Positions 56,542-64,000 of a stretch of DNA of 64,000 nt are shown here, piece by piece. Position 1 is the stretch's first letter, and each line of letters starts with the position of its first letter. This stretch comes from an uncultured Starkeya sp. Lineage in GTDB: Bacteria > Pseudomonadota > Alphaproteobacteria > Rhizobiales > Xanthobacteraceae. The DNA is taken from assembly GCA_964543245.1 (NCBI GenBank), contig CAZIXP010000001.1:49882-113881 (forward strand), in the 5' to 3' direction. Both the position numbers and the translations under genes were made by a program. The notes beneath the pieces are model-generated. The model was not told the DNA's origin. It was given only the letters and a program-made list of their open reading frames with translations, and did not search any database.

Positions 56542-57432
56542 ATGCGCCACCTCACCGTCGCCGCGACCCAGATGGCCTGCTCCTGGGACATTCCCGGCAA
56601 CATCGCGCGGGCCGAAGCGCTGGTGCGCGCGGCGGCCGCCCGCGGCGCCCGGCTGATCCTGATCCAGGAGCTGTTCGAGACACCCTATTTCTGCCAGGAC
56701 CAGCTCTACGAATACCTCGCCCTTGCCAAGCCGCTGGAGGGCAACCCGCTGATCCAGCATTTCGTGGCGCTGGCGCGCGAGCTCGGCGTGGTGCTGCCGC
56801 TCAGCTTCTTCGAGCGGGCGGGACAGGCCGCCTTCAACAGCCTCGCCGTCATTGACGCCGACGGCCGCATCGCCGGGGTCTACCGCAAGAGCCATATCCC
56901 CGACGGGCCCGGCTACACCGAGAAGTTCTATTTTTCGCCGGGTGACACCGGCTTCCGGGTGTGGGACACGCAGGTCGGGCGGATCGGGGTCGGCATCTGC
57001 TGGGACCAGTGGTTCCCGGAATGCGCCCGGGCCATGGCGCTGATGGGGGCGGAGGTGCTGCTCTATCCCACCGCCATCGGGTCCGAACCGCACGATCCCG
57101 CGCTCGATTCGGCTGGCCACTGGCAGCGGGTGATGCAGGGCCATGCCGGCGCCAATCTGATGCCCCTCGTCGCGTCGAACCGGATCGGCACGGAGGCCGG
57201 GCGCAACGGCACCTCCCTCACCTTCTATGGTTCCTCCTTCATCGCCGATCCCACCGGCGCCAAGGTCGCCGAGGCGGGGCGGGACGAGGAAGCGGTGCTC
57301 ACCGCCACCTTCGATCTCGACGCCATCGCGCAGCAGCGCCATTCCTGGGGTGTGTTCCGCGACCGCCGGCCGGAACTCTATGGCGCGCTGCTGAGCCTCG
57401 ACGGCCGCCAACCCCACGCCGCCACGCGCTGA
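56542..57432 (+). CDS. aguB: N-carbamoylputrescine amidase
   Basis: Nitrilase triad QELFETPYFC, YRKSHIPDGPGYTEKFYF, GICWDQWFPE; YPTAIGSEP. Confidence 0.93.
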   Translation: MRHLTVAATQMACSWDIPGNIARAEALVRAAAARGARLILIQELFETPYFCQDQLYEYLALAKPLEGNPLIQHFVALARELGVVLPLSFFERAGQAAFNSLAVIDADGRIAGVYRKSHIPDGPGYTEKFYFSPGDTGFRVWDTQVGRIGVGICWDQWFPECARAMALMGAEVLLYPTAIGSEPHDPALDSAGHWQRVMQGHAGANLMPLVASNRIGTEAGRNGTSLTFYGSSFIADPTGAKVAEAGRDEEAVLTATFDLDAIAQQRHSWGVFRDRRPELYGALLSLDGRQPHAATR

Positions 57433-57443
57433 AGGAGCCCGCC

Positions 57444-58550
57444 ATGACCGCCGACGCCCCCGCGACGCTGCCCGGCCGCCCCGCCGCCGACGGCTTCCGC
57501 ATGCCGGCGGAATGGGAGCCGCACGCTGGCACCCTGATGATCTGGCCGGTGCGGGCCGACAACTGGCGCGCCGGGGCGCGCCCGGCGCAGGCGGCGTTCG
57601 CCGCGGTGGCGGGGGCGATTGCCCGGTTCGAGCCCGTCACCATGCTGGTGCCGCCGGAGGCGCTCGCCTCGGCCCGCGAGACCCTGCCGCCAAGCGTGCA
57701 AATCCTTGAAATCCCGAGCAATGATTCCTGGTGCCGCGACAGCGGCCCGACCTTCGTGACCGATGCCGGCGGGCGCCTGCGCGGCGTACACTGGGACTTC
57801 AACGCCTGGGGCGGGCTCTACACCGATTTCGAGCAGGACCGCGCCCTCGCCGCCGCCGTTCTGGGGCAGGCCGGCGTTCCGCGCTACCGCGCGCCCTTCG
57901 TGCTGGAGGGTGGCTCGATCCATGTCGACGGCGAGGGCACGCTGCTCACCACCGAGGAGTGCCTGCTCAACCCGAACCGCAACCCGCAGCTCTCCCGCGA
58001 GGCGATCGAGCGCAACATGCGCGACTATCTCGGGGTCGAGTCGATCATCTGGCTGGAGTATGGTCTGGTGGATGATGAGACCGATGGACACATCGACAAC
58101 ATCGCCTGCTTCGTCCGCCCGGGGGTGGTGGCGCTGACCTGGTGCGACGACCCCGCCGACCCCCAGCACGCCCTCTCGCAGGCGGCGCTCGACCGCCTGT
58201 CCCGGGCGCGCGACGCCCGCGGCCGGCCGATCGAAGTAGTGAAGCTGCCGCTGCCGGGTCCGCTGTTCCGCACCGCCGCCGAAGCGGTGGAGGAGCCCCT
58301 CGCCGGGGGCGGCACCATGAGCCGCGGCGTCGGCGAGCGGCTCGGCGGGTCCTATGTGAACTTCTATGTCGGCAACGGCTTCGTGCTGATGCCCCTGCTG
58401 GACCCGCGCCACGACGAGGAGGCCCGCGCCATCCTCGCCGGCCTGTTCCCCGACCGCGAGGTGATCGGGCTGCCGACGCGGGAAATCCTGCTCGGCGGCG
58501 GCAACATCCACTGCATCACCCAGCAGATTCCGGTCGGCACGCCGGGCTGA
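57444..58550 (+). CDS. aguA: Agmatine deiminase
   Basis: MPAEWEPH, NDSWCRDSGP, LEGGSIHVDGEG, ETDGHIDN, GGGNIHCITQQ. Confidence 0.95.
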   Translation: MTADAPATLPGRPAADGFRMPAEWEPHAGTLMIWPVRADNWRAGARPAQAAFAAVAGAIARFEPVTMLVPPEALASARETLPPSVQILEIPSNDSWCRDSGPTFVTDAGGRLRGVHWDFNAWGGLYTDFEQDRALAAAVLGQAGVPRYRAPFVLEGGSIHVDGEGTLLTTEECLLNPNRNPQLSREAIERNMRDYLGVESIIWLEYGLVDDETDGHIDNIACFVRPGVVALTWCDDPADPQHALSQAALDRLSRARDARGRPIEVVKLPLPGPLFRTAAEAVEEPLAGGGTMSRGVGERLGGSYVNFYVGNGFVLMPLLDPRHDEEARAILAGLFPDREVIGLPTREILLGGGNIHCITQQIPVGTPG

Positions 58551-58602
58551 GGCTGCCCGGCTGAGGCTGCCGGCCGAAAGCCGCCGGACCGAGGCTGCCG
58601 GA
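58547..58602. repeat. Degenerate 14-bp tandem repeat x4 between convergent genes
   Basis: ctgaggctgcccgg / ctgaggctgccggc / cgaaagccgccgga / ccgaggctgccgga. Confidence 0.7.
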
Positions 58603-58635
58603 CTGGGCCCCGCCGGGCGCCGCTGCTGCGCGGTG

Positions 58636-59073
58636 TCAGGCGTCGGCGAGCCGGCGGATCAGCGCCTCCACGGCCATGGCATAGCCCGCCGGGCCGAGCC
58701 CGATGATGCAGCCCGTCGCCACCGCCGAGATCGGCGAGTGGTGGCGGAAGGCCTCGCGCTGGAACACGTTGCTGACATGGACCTGCAGCACCGGCCCGCC
58801 AAAGGCCGCCAGCGCGTCGGGAATGGCGATCGAGCCATAGGAGAGGCTGCCGGCATTGATGACGATGCCGTCGGCGGTGCCGCGCGCCTGCTGGATCCAG
58901 TCCACCAGCTCGCCCTCGTGGTTGGACTGGCGGAAGCCGAGCTCGGCGCCCATCGCGGCGGCGCGGGCACGGCAGGCCGCCTCGATGTCGGCCAGGGTCA
59001 GCCGGCCATAGGGACCGGAGGGGTCGAGGCCGTAGAGATTGGTGTTGGGGCCGCTGACGACCTCGATCCGCAC
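58636..59073 (-). CDS. Type II 3-dehydroquinate dehydratase-like protein with altered active site
   Basis: GPN...YG, RQSNHEGELVDWIQ, INAG, VHVSN...REAFRHHS; REP, THTS and EVH motifs are altered. Confidence 0.85.
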   Translation of the reverse strand: MRIEVVSGPNTNLYGLDPSGPYGRLTLADIEAACRARAAAMGAELGFRQSNHEGELVDWIQQARGTADGIVINAGSLSYGSIAIPDALAAFGGPVLQVHVSNVFQREAFRHHSPISAVATGCIIGLGPAGYAMAVEALIRRLADA

Positions 59074-59087
59074 GGTGTGCCTCCCCT

Positions 59088-59513
59088 TCACGGCATCTGG
59101 TCGTCGGCGCCGATGGCGGCCAGCCCGGCGCGGGCCACCGCGACGTCCTGCTCCCCGGTGCCCGAGCCGACGCCGATGCCGCCGAGGCAGACGCCATCGA
59201 CGATGATGGGCAGGCCGCCCTCCAGATTGGTGAGGCGCTGGCCGCCGGCGAGCGACAGCTTGATCTCGTCGGCGGGCTTCAGCCGCGAGGTCGGCTGGCG
59301 GTGCGAGGCGGCGGTGACCGCCTTCGACAGCGAGGTCTCGCGCGACAGCAGCTTGGCGCCGTCCATCCGCACGAAGGCCAGCAGATTGCCGCCCTCGTCG
59401 ACGATGTTGATGTTCTGCGGCACCCCCATTTCCGTCGCCTTGGCGACGGCGGCGGCGAGCATCTTCAGCGCGCCGGAATGGGTGAGCTTCAGGGTGGGGC
59501 GGAAGATCGACAT
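59088..59513 (-). CDS. GlcG/HbpS family heme-binding protein
   Basis: IVDEGGNLLAFVRMDGA, KAVTAA and GGLPIIVDGVCLGGIGVG. Confidence 0.9.
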   Translation of the reverse strand: MSIFRPTLKLTHSGALKMLAAAVAKATEMGVPQNINIVDEGGNLLAFVRMDGAKLLSRETSLSKAVTAASHRQPTSRLKPADEIKLSLAGGQRLTNLEGGLPIIVDGVCLGGIGVGSGTGEQDVAVARAGLAAIGADDQMP

Positions 59514-59537
59514 AAGGGCCTCGCGGCTCGGGGCTGG

Positions 59538-60215
59538 CTACTGGTCGCCGGGGACACCGTAGGACGGCGCGGTCGAAGGGTCGAGCGCACGGGTGACGTA
59601 AGCATCCATCTGCGGCTGCCACAGCGCCCAGAGCGCCGCCAGCTCCGCGATCGGGTCGGCCTCGGTCCAGTCGACCCTCAGGTCCGCCACCGGCCAGCCC
59701 ACCTTGTCCACCAGCAGCATGCCGGCGGAATGCACCGGCCCCTCCTCGCCGCCGGCCGCCACCGCGGCCTGCATCGCGGCGAGGATGCGATCGCCGAGAT
59801 GAGCCTGCGGCTGCGCCTCGAACGCCGCCACCATCGCGGCGGGCACCTCGAGCGAGGCCAGCAGGTTGCCCGCCGCCGCCACATCGGTGCCGGTGGCGAT
59901 GGCGTGGGTGCCGAGCGTGCGGGTGCCGGAATGGCCGGCGACCCGCCCCTCCCGGTCCAGCAGCACCACCTGGCGGAACGCGAAATGCGGCGCCTCGGCC
60001 TGGAACCGGGCCAGCGCCTCGTGCGCGGAAAGGCCCTGCGCCATGAGGTCCAGCCCCTTCGGCCCGAGGGTGGGATCGGTGATGTTCTGCGTCGCCACCA
60101 CCCCCACCCCGGCCCGGGCGTGGGCGCAGCGCGCCGCGACGCAGGGGCTGGAGGAGGAGACGGCGATGCCGAACATGCCGGTGCGCGCGCAGCGCGCGGA
60201 GACGGAGAAGGTCAC
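59538..60215 (-). CDS. DUF1028 (Ntn-hydrolase-like) protein
   Basis: TFSVSARC..TGMFGIAVSSSSP.V, ATQN, AAGNLL, GGEEGPVHSA, DLRVDW. Confidence 0.88.
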   Translation of the reverse strand: MTFSVSARCARTGMFGIAVSSSSPCVAARCAHARAGVGVVATQNITDPTLGPKGLDLMAQGLSAHEALARFQAEAPHFAFRQVVLLDREGRVAGHSGTRTLGTHAIATGTDVAAAGNLLASLEVPAAMVAAFEAQPQAHLGDRILAAMQAAVAAGGEEGPVHSAGMLLVDKVGWPVADLRVDWTEADPIAELAALWALWQPQMDAYVTRALDPSTAPSYGVPGDQ

Positions 60216-60228
60216 GCCGTCCTCCCGC

Positions 60229-60651
60229 TCAGGCCGCGTCGGGGATGACGGCCGTCACCTCGATCTCGACCAGCCATTCCGGCCGGGCGAGCGCGGGCAC
60301 CACCAGGCCGGTGGAGCAGGGGAACACGCCCTTCAGCCACTTGCCCATCTCCTGATAGACCGCCTCGCGGTAGCGGATGTCGGTGAGATAGACCACCACC
60401 CGGCAGATGTGGCTGAGGTCGCTGCCGGCTTCCTCCAGCAGCATCTTGATGTTGGCCATGGCCTTCTCGGCCTGCTTGCCGGCATCGCCGACATGGACGC
60501 TCTCGCGGGTGTCGAGGTCCTGGGCAACCTGCCCGCGCAGGAACACCATGGTGCCGCGCGCCACGACGCCCTGGGAGAGATCGTTGTCGAGCTTCTGCTC
60601 GGGGTAGGTCTGCTTGGTGTTGAAGGGGCGCAGGCGGGTGTGGACGACCAT
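60229..60651 (-). CDS. RidA/YjgF family protein
   Basis: HTRLRPFNTKQTYPEQKLDNDL, FLRGQV, PCSTGLVVPALARPEWLVEIEVTA. Confidence 0.9.
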   Translation of the reverse strand: MVVHTRLRPFNTKQTYPEQKLDNDLSQGVVARGTMVFLRGQVAQDLDTRESVHVGDAGKQAEKAMANIKMLLEEAGSDLSHICRVVVYLTDIRYREAVYQEMGKWLKGVFPCSTGLVVPALARPEWLVEIEVTAVIPDAA

Positions 60652-60675
60652 GGACGGCGTTCTCTCGGTTCGGGA

Positions 60676-61929
60676 TCAGGAGGTCGGCAGGGAGGCGGGC
60701 GCCCGCAGCGGCCAGGAGTCGACGGGGGCGTGCAGCAGGCTGGCGAGGCGGGACATCATGGCACCGGCCGCCGCCAGTTCGTCCAGCCCGATCCATTCGT
60801 CCGCCTTGTGGGCGCGAGCGATGTCGCCGGGACCGCAGACAATGGTGGGGATGCCGGCGCGGGCATAAAGCCCGGCCTCGGTCCCGAAGGCGAGGGTTAT
60901 CGGCTCGCCCGCGCCCGACGCCGCCGCGCCGGACAGCGCGGCGCCGAGCGCAACGGGCCAGCTCTGCGCGGGCGTGTCGAGCCCGGGATAGGCGCTGATC
61001 GGCTCCATGGCGAGCCCAGCCTCGGGCGCCTGCGCCGCCAGCGCGGCATGGGCCTCGCGCTGCAGCGCGTCGAGCCGGGAGACCAGCGCCGCCTCGTCCT
61101 CGCCGGGCAGGGTGCGCACCTCGAATTCCAGCACGGCGCGGTCCGGCACCAGGTTCAGCGCGCCGCCGCCATGCAGCGAGCCGACATGGACGCTGGACCA
61201 GGGCGGATCGAACGCCGGGTCGTGACGCACGCGCAGCTCGGCGCCGAGGGCGGACAGCGCCACCGCCATCCGCGCCGCCGCCTCCACCGCGTTCGCCGCC
61301 CGGTGCGGCAGGGCGGAATGCCCGCCCCGCCCGGTGAAGACCAGCCGGCGGGCCAGCTTGCCCTTGTGGGCGCGCGCTACCCTGAGGCCGGTGGGCTCGC
61401 CGACGATGCACAGCGCGGGCGGCGCGGGCAGCCCCGCCACGGCCGCCACCAGATCGTCCGCCCCGGCGCAGCCGACCTCCTCGTCATAGGACAGCGCGAT
61501 ATGCACCGGGGTCTGGCTGGCCGTGCCGAGGAACTGGGGCACCGCCGCCAGCGCGGTGGCGATGAAGCCCTTCATGTCGGTGCTGCCGCGGCCATAGACC
61601 CGGCCGTCCCGCAGCGCCGCCGCGAAGGGCGGGCTGGACCAGTTCTGCCCCTCGACCGGCACCACGTCGGTGTGGGCGGAGAGCACCACGCCCGGCCGGT
61701 CCGCCGGGCCGAGGGTGGCGAGCAGGGCGACCTTGTCGCCCGCGGCATTGGGCAACCGCCGCGCCTCGACACCGAAGCGGGAGAGATAATCGGCGATGTA
61801 GCCGGCAATGTCGCGGTTGGAGCGGTGGCTCACGCTCTCGAAGCCGATGAGGTCGCGCAGCAGCGCGACGGCGGCGGGGGTCGCCCGCCCCGCCGCCGCG
61901 CTTTCAGCCGAACCGCCTGACGAACCCAT
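60676..61929 (-). CDS. M20 family acetylornithine deacetylase-like amidohydrolase
   Basis: SAHTDVVP, GRGSTDMKG, SYDEEVGC, GEPT, GHS, FGTEAG and AHKADE. Confidence 0.9.
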   Translation of the reverse strand: MGSSGGSAESAAAGRATPAAVALLRDLIGFESVSHRSNRDIAGYIADYLSRFGVEARRLPNAAGDKVALLATLGPADRPGVVLSAHTDVVPVEGQNWSSPPFAAALRDGRVYGRGSTDMKGFIATALAAVPQFLGTASQTPVHIALSYDEEVGCAGADDLVAAVAGLPAPPALCIVGEPTGLRVARAHKGKLARRLVFTGRGGHSALPHRAANAVEAAARMAVALSALGAELRVRHDPAFDPPWSSVHVGSLHGGGALNLVPDRAVLEFEVRTLPGEDEAALVSRLDALQREAHAALAAQAPEAGLAMEPISAYPGLDTPAQSWPVALGAALSGAAASGAGEPITLAFGTEAGLYARAGIPTIVCGPGDIARAHKADEWIGLDELAAAGAMMSRLASLLHAPVDSWPLRAPASLPTS

Positions 61930-61936
61930 GGCGCCG

Positions 61937-62425
61937 CTAGGCCGAGGCCAGCCGGCGATAGCCCCGGCGGGTATAGACCAGCGGCTCCTCGGCATGGGTC
62001 TCCAGCGCCACCACCTCGCCGGCGACGATGTGATGGGTGCCGAACTGGAACACCCCCGCCACCCGGCAGTCGAAGCGGCACAGCGCGCCGTGCAGCAGCG
62101 GCGCCCCGGTGACGCGGGTGTCCCACGTGCCGGCGGCAAAGCGGTCCTCCCGCCATTCAGGGATGAGGCCGGCGAAGCTGTCGGCCACGCGGTGCTGGTC
62201 ATGGCCGAGGATGTTGGCCGCGAACACGCCATTGGCGAGGATCGCCGGCAGCGAACGGCTGTCGCGGTGGACGCAGAACAGCACCGAGGGCGGTTCCATC
62301 GACAGCGAGCACAGCGAGGACACGGTGAGCCCGGCACGCCCGGCCTCGCCCGCCGTCGTCACCACCGTAACGCCAGAGGCGGTGCGGCCCATGGCCTCCC
62401 GGAACAGGGCGGGATCGACGCTCAT
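61937..62425 (-). CDS. Flavin reductase (HpaC-like)
   Basis: FREAMGRTASGVTVVTT, SLSMEPP and GTHHIVAGEV. Confidence 0.92.
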   Translation of the reverse strand: MSVDPALFREAMGRTASGVTVVTTAGEAGRAGLTVSSLCSLSMEPPSVLFCVHRDSRSLPAILANGVFAANILGHDQHRVADSFAGLIPEWREDRFAAGTWDTRVTGAPLLHGALCRFDCRVAGVFQFGTHHIVAGEVVALETHAEEPLVYTRRGYRRLASA

Positions 62426-63888
62426 GACGCCAGCCCCGGACGGGCCCCCCACACCGCGTCGGACAGGCCGGCGGCCTTGCGGACGAACTCCAGCGGGCCC
62501 TCGAAGTCGAACGAATTGTACACCGCTGCGAGGTGGTTGAAGTGCGGCGCCTGGGCGAACTGGACGAAGGTGAGCCGGTGGCCGGCATAGTCGGAGTTCA
62601 GCAGGTCGCGGGCGAAGGCGAGCAGCTTGCGGCGGTCGTCCGCCCCCCACTCCTCGTTCAGGGTGTAGAACTTCTTCAGCCACTCGCTCGAGCCGGGCGC
62701 GGCGAAGGCGGCGGCGTTCGGCGTGACGCAGATCTGGCCGCCGCACAGCTCGCGGGCGATGTGCATCATCGCGGGAAGCTGCGAGCAGGCATGGACCCGG
62801 CCGGCATAGAGCAGCGACTGGTTCGGCATCAGCAGCCCGCCGGGGCTCTTCTCCGCCAGGGTGATCGAGGCGGTGAGGTGGGCATTGATGCCCTCGCGGT
62901 AGCAGACGAGGTCGGCGAGCTTCTCGCGGACCGACTGCAGCTTGTCGAGGCCGGTCTGCTTGGCGTTCCACATCGCCGCGCCGATCATCATGTCGGCGAC
63001 GTAGAGCAGGCGCTGCACATAGGGGAAGGCGGAGTAGCGGTGCAGGGTGGAGCGGATGAACTGCGCCGCCTTGGTGTGGCGGTAGAAGAACACGTCCTCC
63101 CACGGGATCAGCACGTTGTCGAAGATGACCAGCGCCTCGACCTCGTCGAACCGGTTGGCGAGGGGATAGTCGGCCGGGTCGGAACGGCCGGCGAAGCCGG
63201 AGCGGCAGATGTGCTTCACGCCCGGCGCGCCCATCTTCACCACGCAGCCCACGGCGTAGTCCGAGAGCTTCTCGTTGCTCCAGGCGCCGACGGTCGGCTT
63301 CAGGAAGGCCTGGTCGGCATAGGCGGCGGCGGTCTCGTATTTGGCGCCGCGGATGATGATGCCGGCATCGGTCTCCTTCACGACATGCACCATCATGTCG
63401 GGGTCCTGGTCCTGCGGCGCGCGGGAGCGGTCGCCCTTGGGATCGGTGTTGGCCGAGACGTGGAAGATGTCGTTGTCGAAGATGGTCTGGACGTGGCGGT
63501 CGACATTGTCGGCGAAGCGCGGGTCGAACTCGGCGAGCACGTCGCGCCCGTCGATCAGCGACCACACCTCGCCGATGGTCTCGTCGCCCACCCGGGTGAC
63601 GACGCCGCCGATGTCCTTCATCACCGCGTCGACCGCGCCGATCTTGTCGGACCAGTCCTTGGTCTCGCGCGGGGGCTTGTAGAAGATGGTGTTGCGCTTG
63701 TTGTCCTCGACATAGGTCAGGCGGTCCTGATAGGCCGCCTCATGCGCCATGTCGTACATGCGCGCCTTGACGTCGACGATGGGCTTGAACGCGGCGTGGG
63801 CGGTGATGTCCGCCACGCGCTCGCCATCGATCCAGACCTCGCGGCCGTCGCGCAGCCCGTTGCGGTACTCGTCACCTGTGCGGATCAT
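62422..63888 (-). CDS. 4-hydroxyphenylacetate 3-hydroxylase (HpaB/PvcC) family flavin-dependent monooxygenase
   Basis: RTGDEYRNGLRDGREVWIDGE, ANTDPKGDRS, IRGAK, RFDEVEALVIFDNVLIPWE. Confidence 0.9.
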   Translation of the reverse strand: MIRTGDEYRNGLRDGREVWIDGERVADITAHAAFKPIVDVKARMYDMAHEAAYQDRLTYVEDNKRNTIFYKPPRETKDWSDKIGAVDAVMKDIGGVVTRVGDETIGEVWSLIDGRDVLAEFDPRFADNVDRHVQTIFDNDIFHVSANTDPKGDRSRAPQDQDPDMMVHVVKETDAGIIIRGAKYETAAAYADQAFLKPTVGAWSNEKLSDYAVGCVVKMGAPGVKHICRSGFAGRSDPADYPLANRFDEVEALVIFDNVLIPWEDVFFYRHTKAAQFIRSTLHRYSAFPYVQRLLYVADMMIGAAMWNAKQTGLDKLQSVREKLADLVCYREGINAHLTASITLAEKSPGGLLMPNQSLLYAGRVHACSQLPAMMHIARELCGGQICVTPNAAAFAAPGSSEWLKKFYTLNEEWGADDRRKLLAFARDLLNSDYAGHRLTFVQFAQAPHFNHLAAVYNSFDFEGPLEFVRKAAGLSDAVWGARPGLAS

Positions 63889-63946
63889 CTGCCCATCCTT
63901 TTCTCGTGACGCAATCTTGTGCTGCGTGAGTGGATCGGTAAAATAT

Positions 63947-63971
63947 TTTCTATCGTTCCTTGAGATAGAAA
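63947..63971. promoter_or_regulatory. LysR-type inverted repeat in the divergent promoter
   Basis: tttctatc-N9-gatagaaa, containing T-N11-A. Confidence 0.55.
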
Positions 63972-63977
63972 TTCCCG

Positions 63978-64000
63978 ATGAACATCTCGCTGCGCGCCCT
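63978..64000 (+). CDS. Probable LysR regulator start (window edge)
   Basis: MNISLRA(L), divergent from the monooxygenase operon; only 7 complete codons visible. Confidence 0.45.

Noticed and set aside
56024-56656. 210-aa ORF spanning the tRNA
   Set aside because: Overlaps the tRNA and its terminator; spurious.
1-64000. Numerous long alternative-frame and antisense ORFs in the track (e.g. 19756-21069, 26884-28047, 40328-41992, 45783-47093, 59866-61920, 61937-63565)
   Set aside because: They are shadows of well-supported genes in GC-rich DNA; Arg/Pro/Ala-rich with no family motifs.

Overview
Alphaproteobacterial DNA. Positions 1-~56.2 kb are the end of a trb-type (P-type T4SS, Tn4371-like) integrative conjugative element: trbG-trbI-DUF2274, then about 54 kb of cargo ending at the 3' end of a minus-strand tRNA-Gly(GCC). 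The cargo is mostly sulfur and redox genes. It includes BigR/SqrR-type sensors, persulfide dioxygenases, DUF442 sulfurtransferases, YeeE/YedE, SulP and three broken type II SQR copies (one split in frame by an IS110/IS1111 element). It also carries a cytochrome bd operon, a one-cysteine OxyR-like regulator with PDO-Prx-OsmC, and a QseBC-like system with five CTTAAG-N5-CTTAAG boxes in front of dsbA, dsbG, dsbD, trx and a divergent cbb3-type oxidase operon. There are two differently wired thiosulfate dehydrogenases (TsdA): one behind a perfect FNR box with an AdhB-like triheme cytochrome, and one in an operon with ccoN/ccoO-like genes, a triheme cytochrome carrying a TsdB-like diheme unit, and a CcoI-like Cu ATPase. 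Right of the tRNA is higher-GC host chromosome: aguB-aguA and a minus-strand catabolic operon (HpaB-family monooxygenase, flavin reductase, ArgE-like, RidA, DUF1028, GlcG-like, and a degenerate AroQ-like gene). All calls come from reading motifs by eye; no database search or folding was run.
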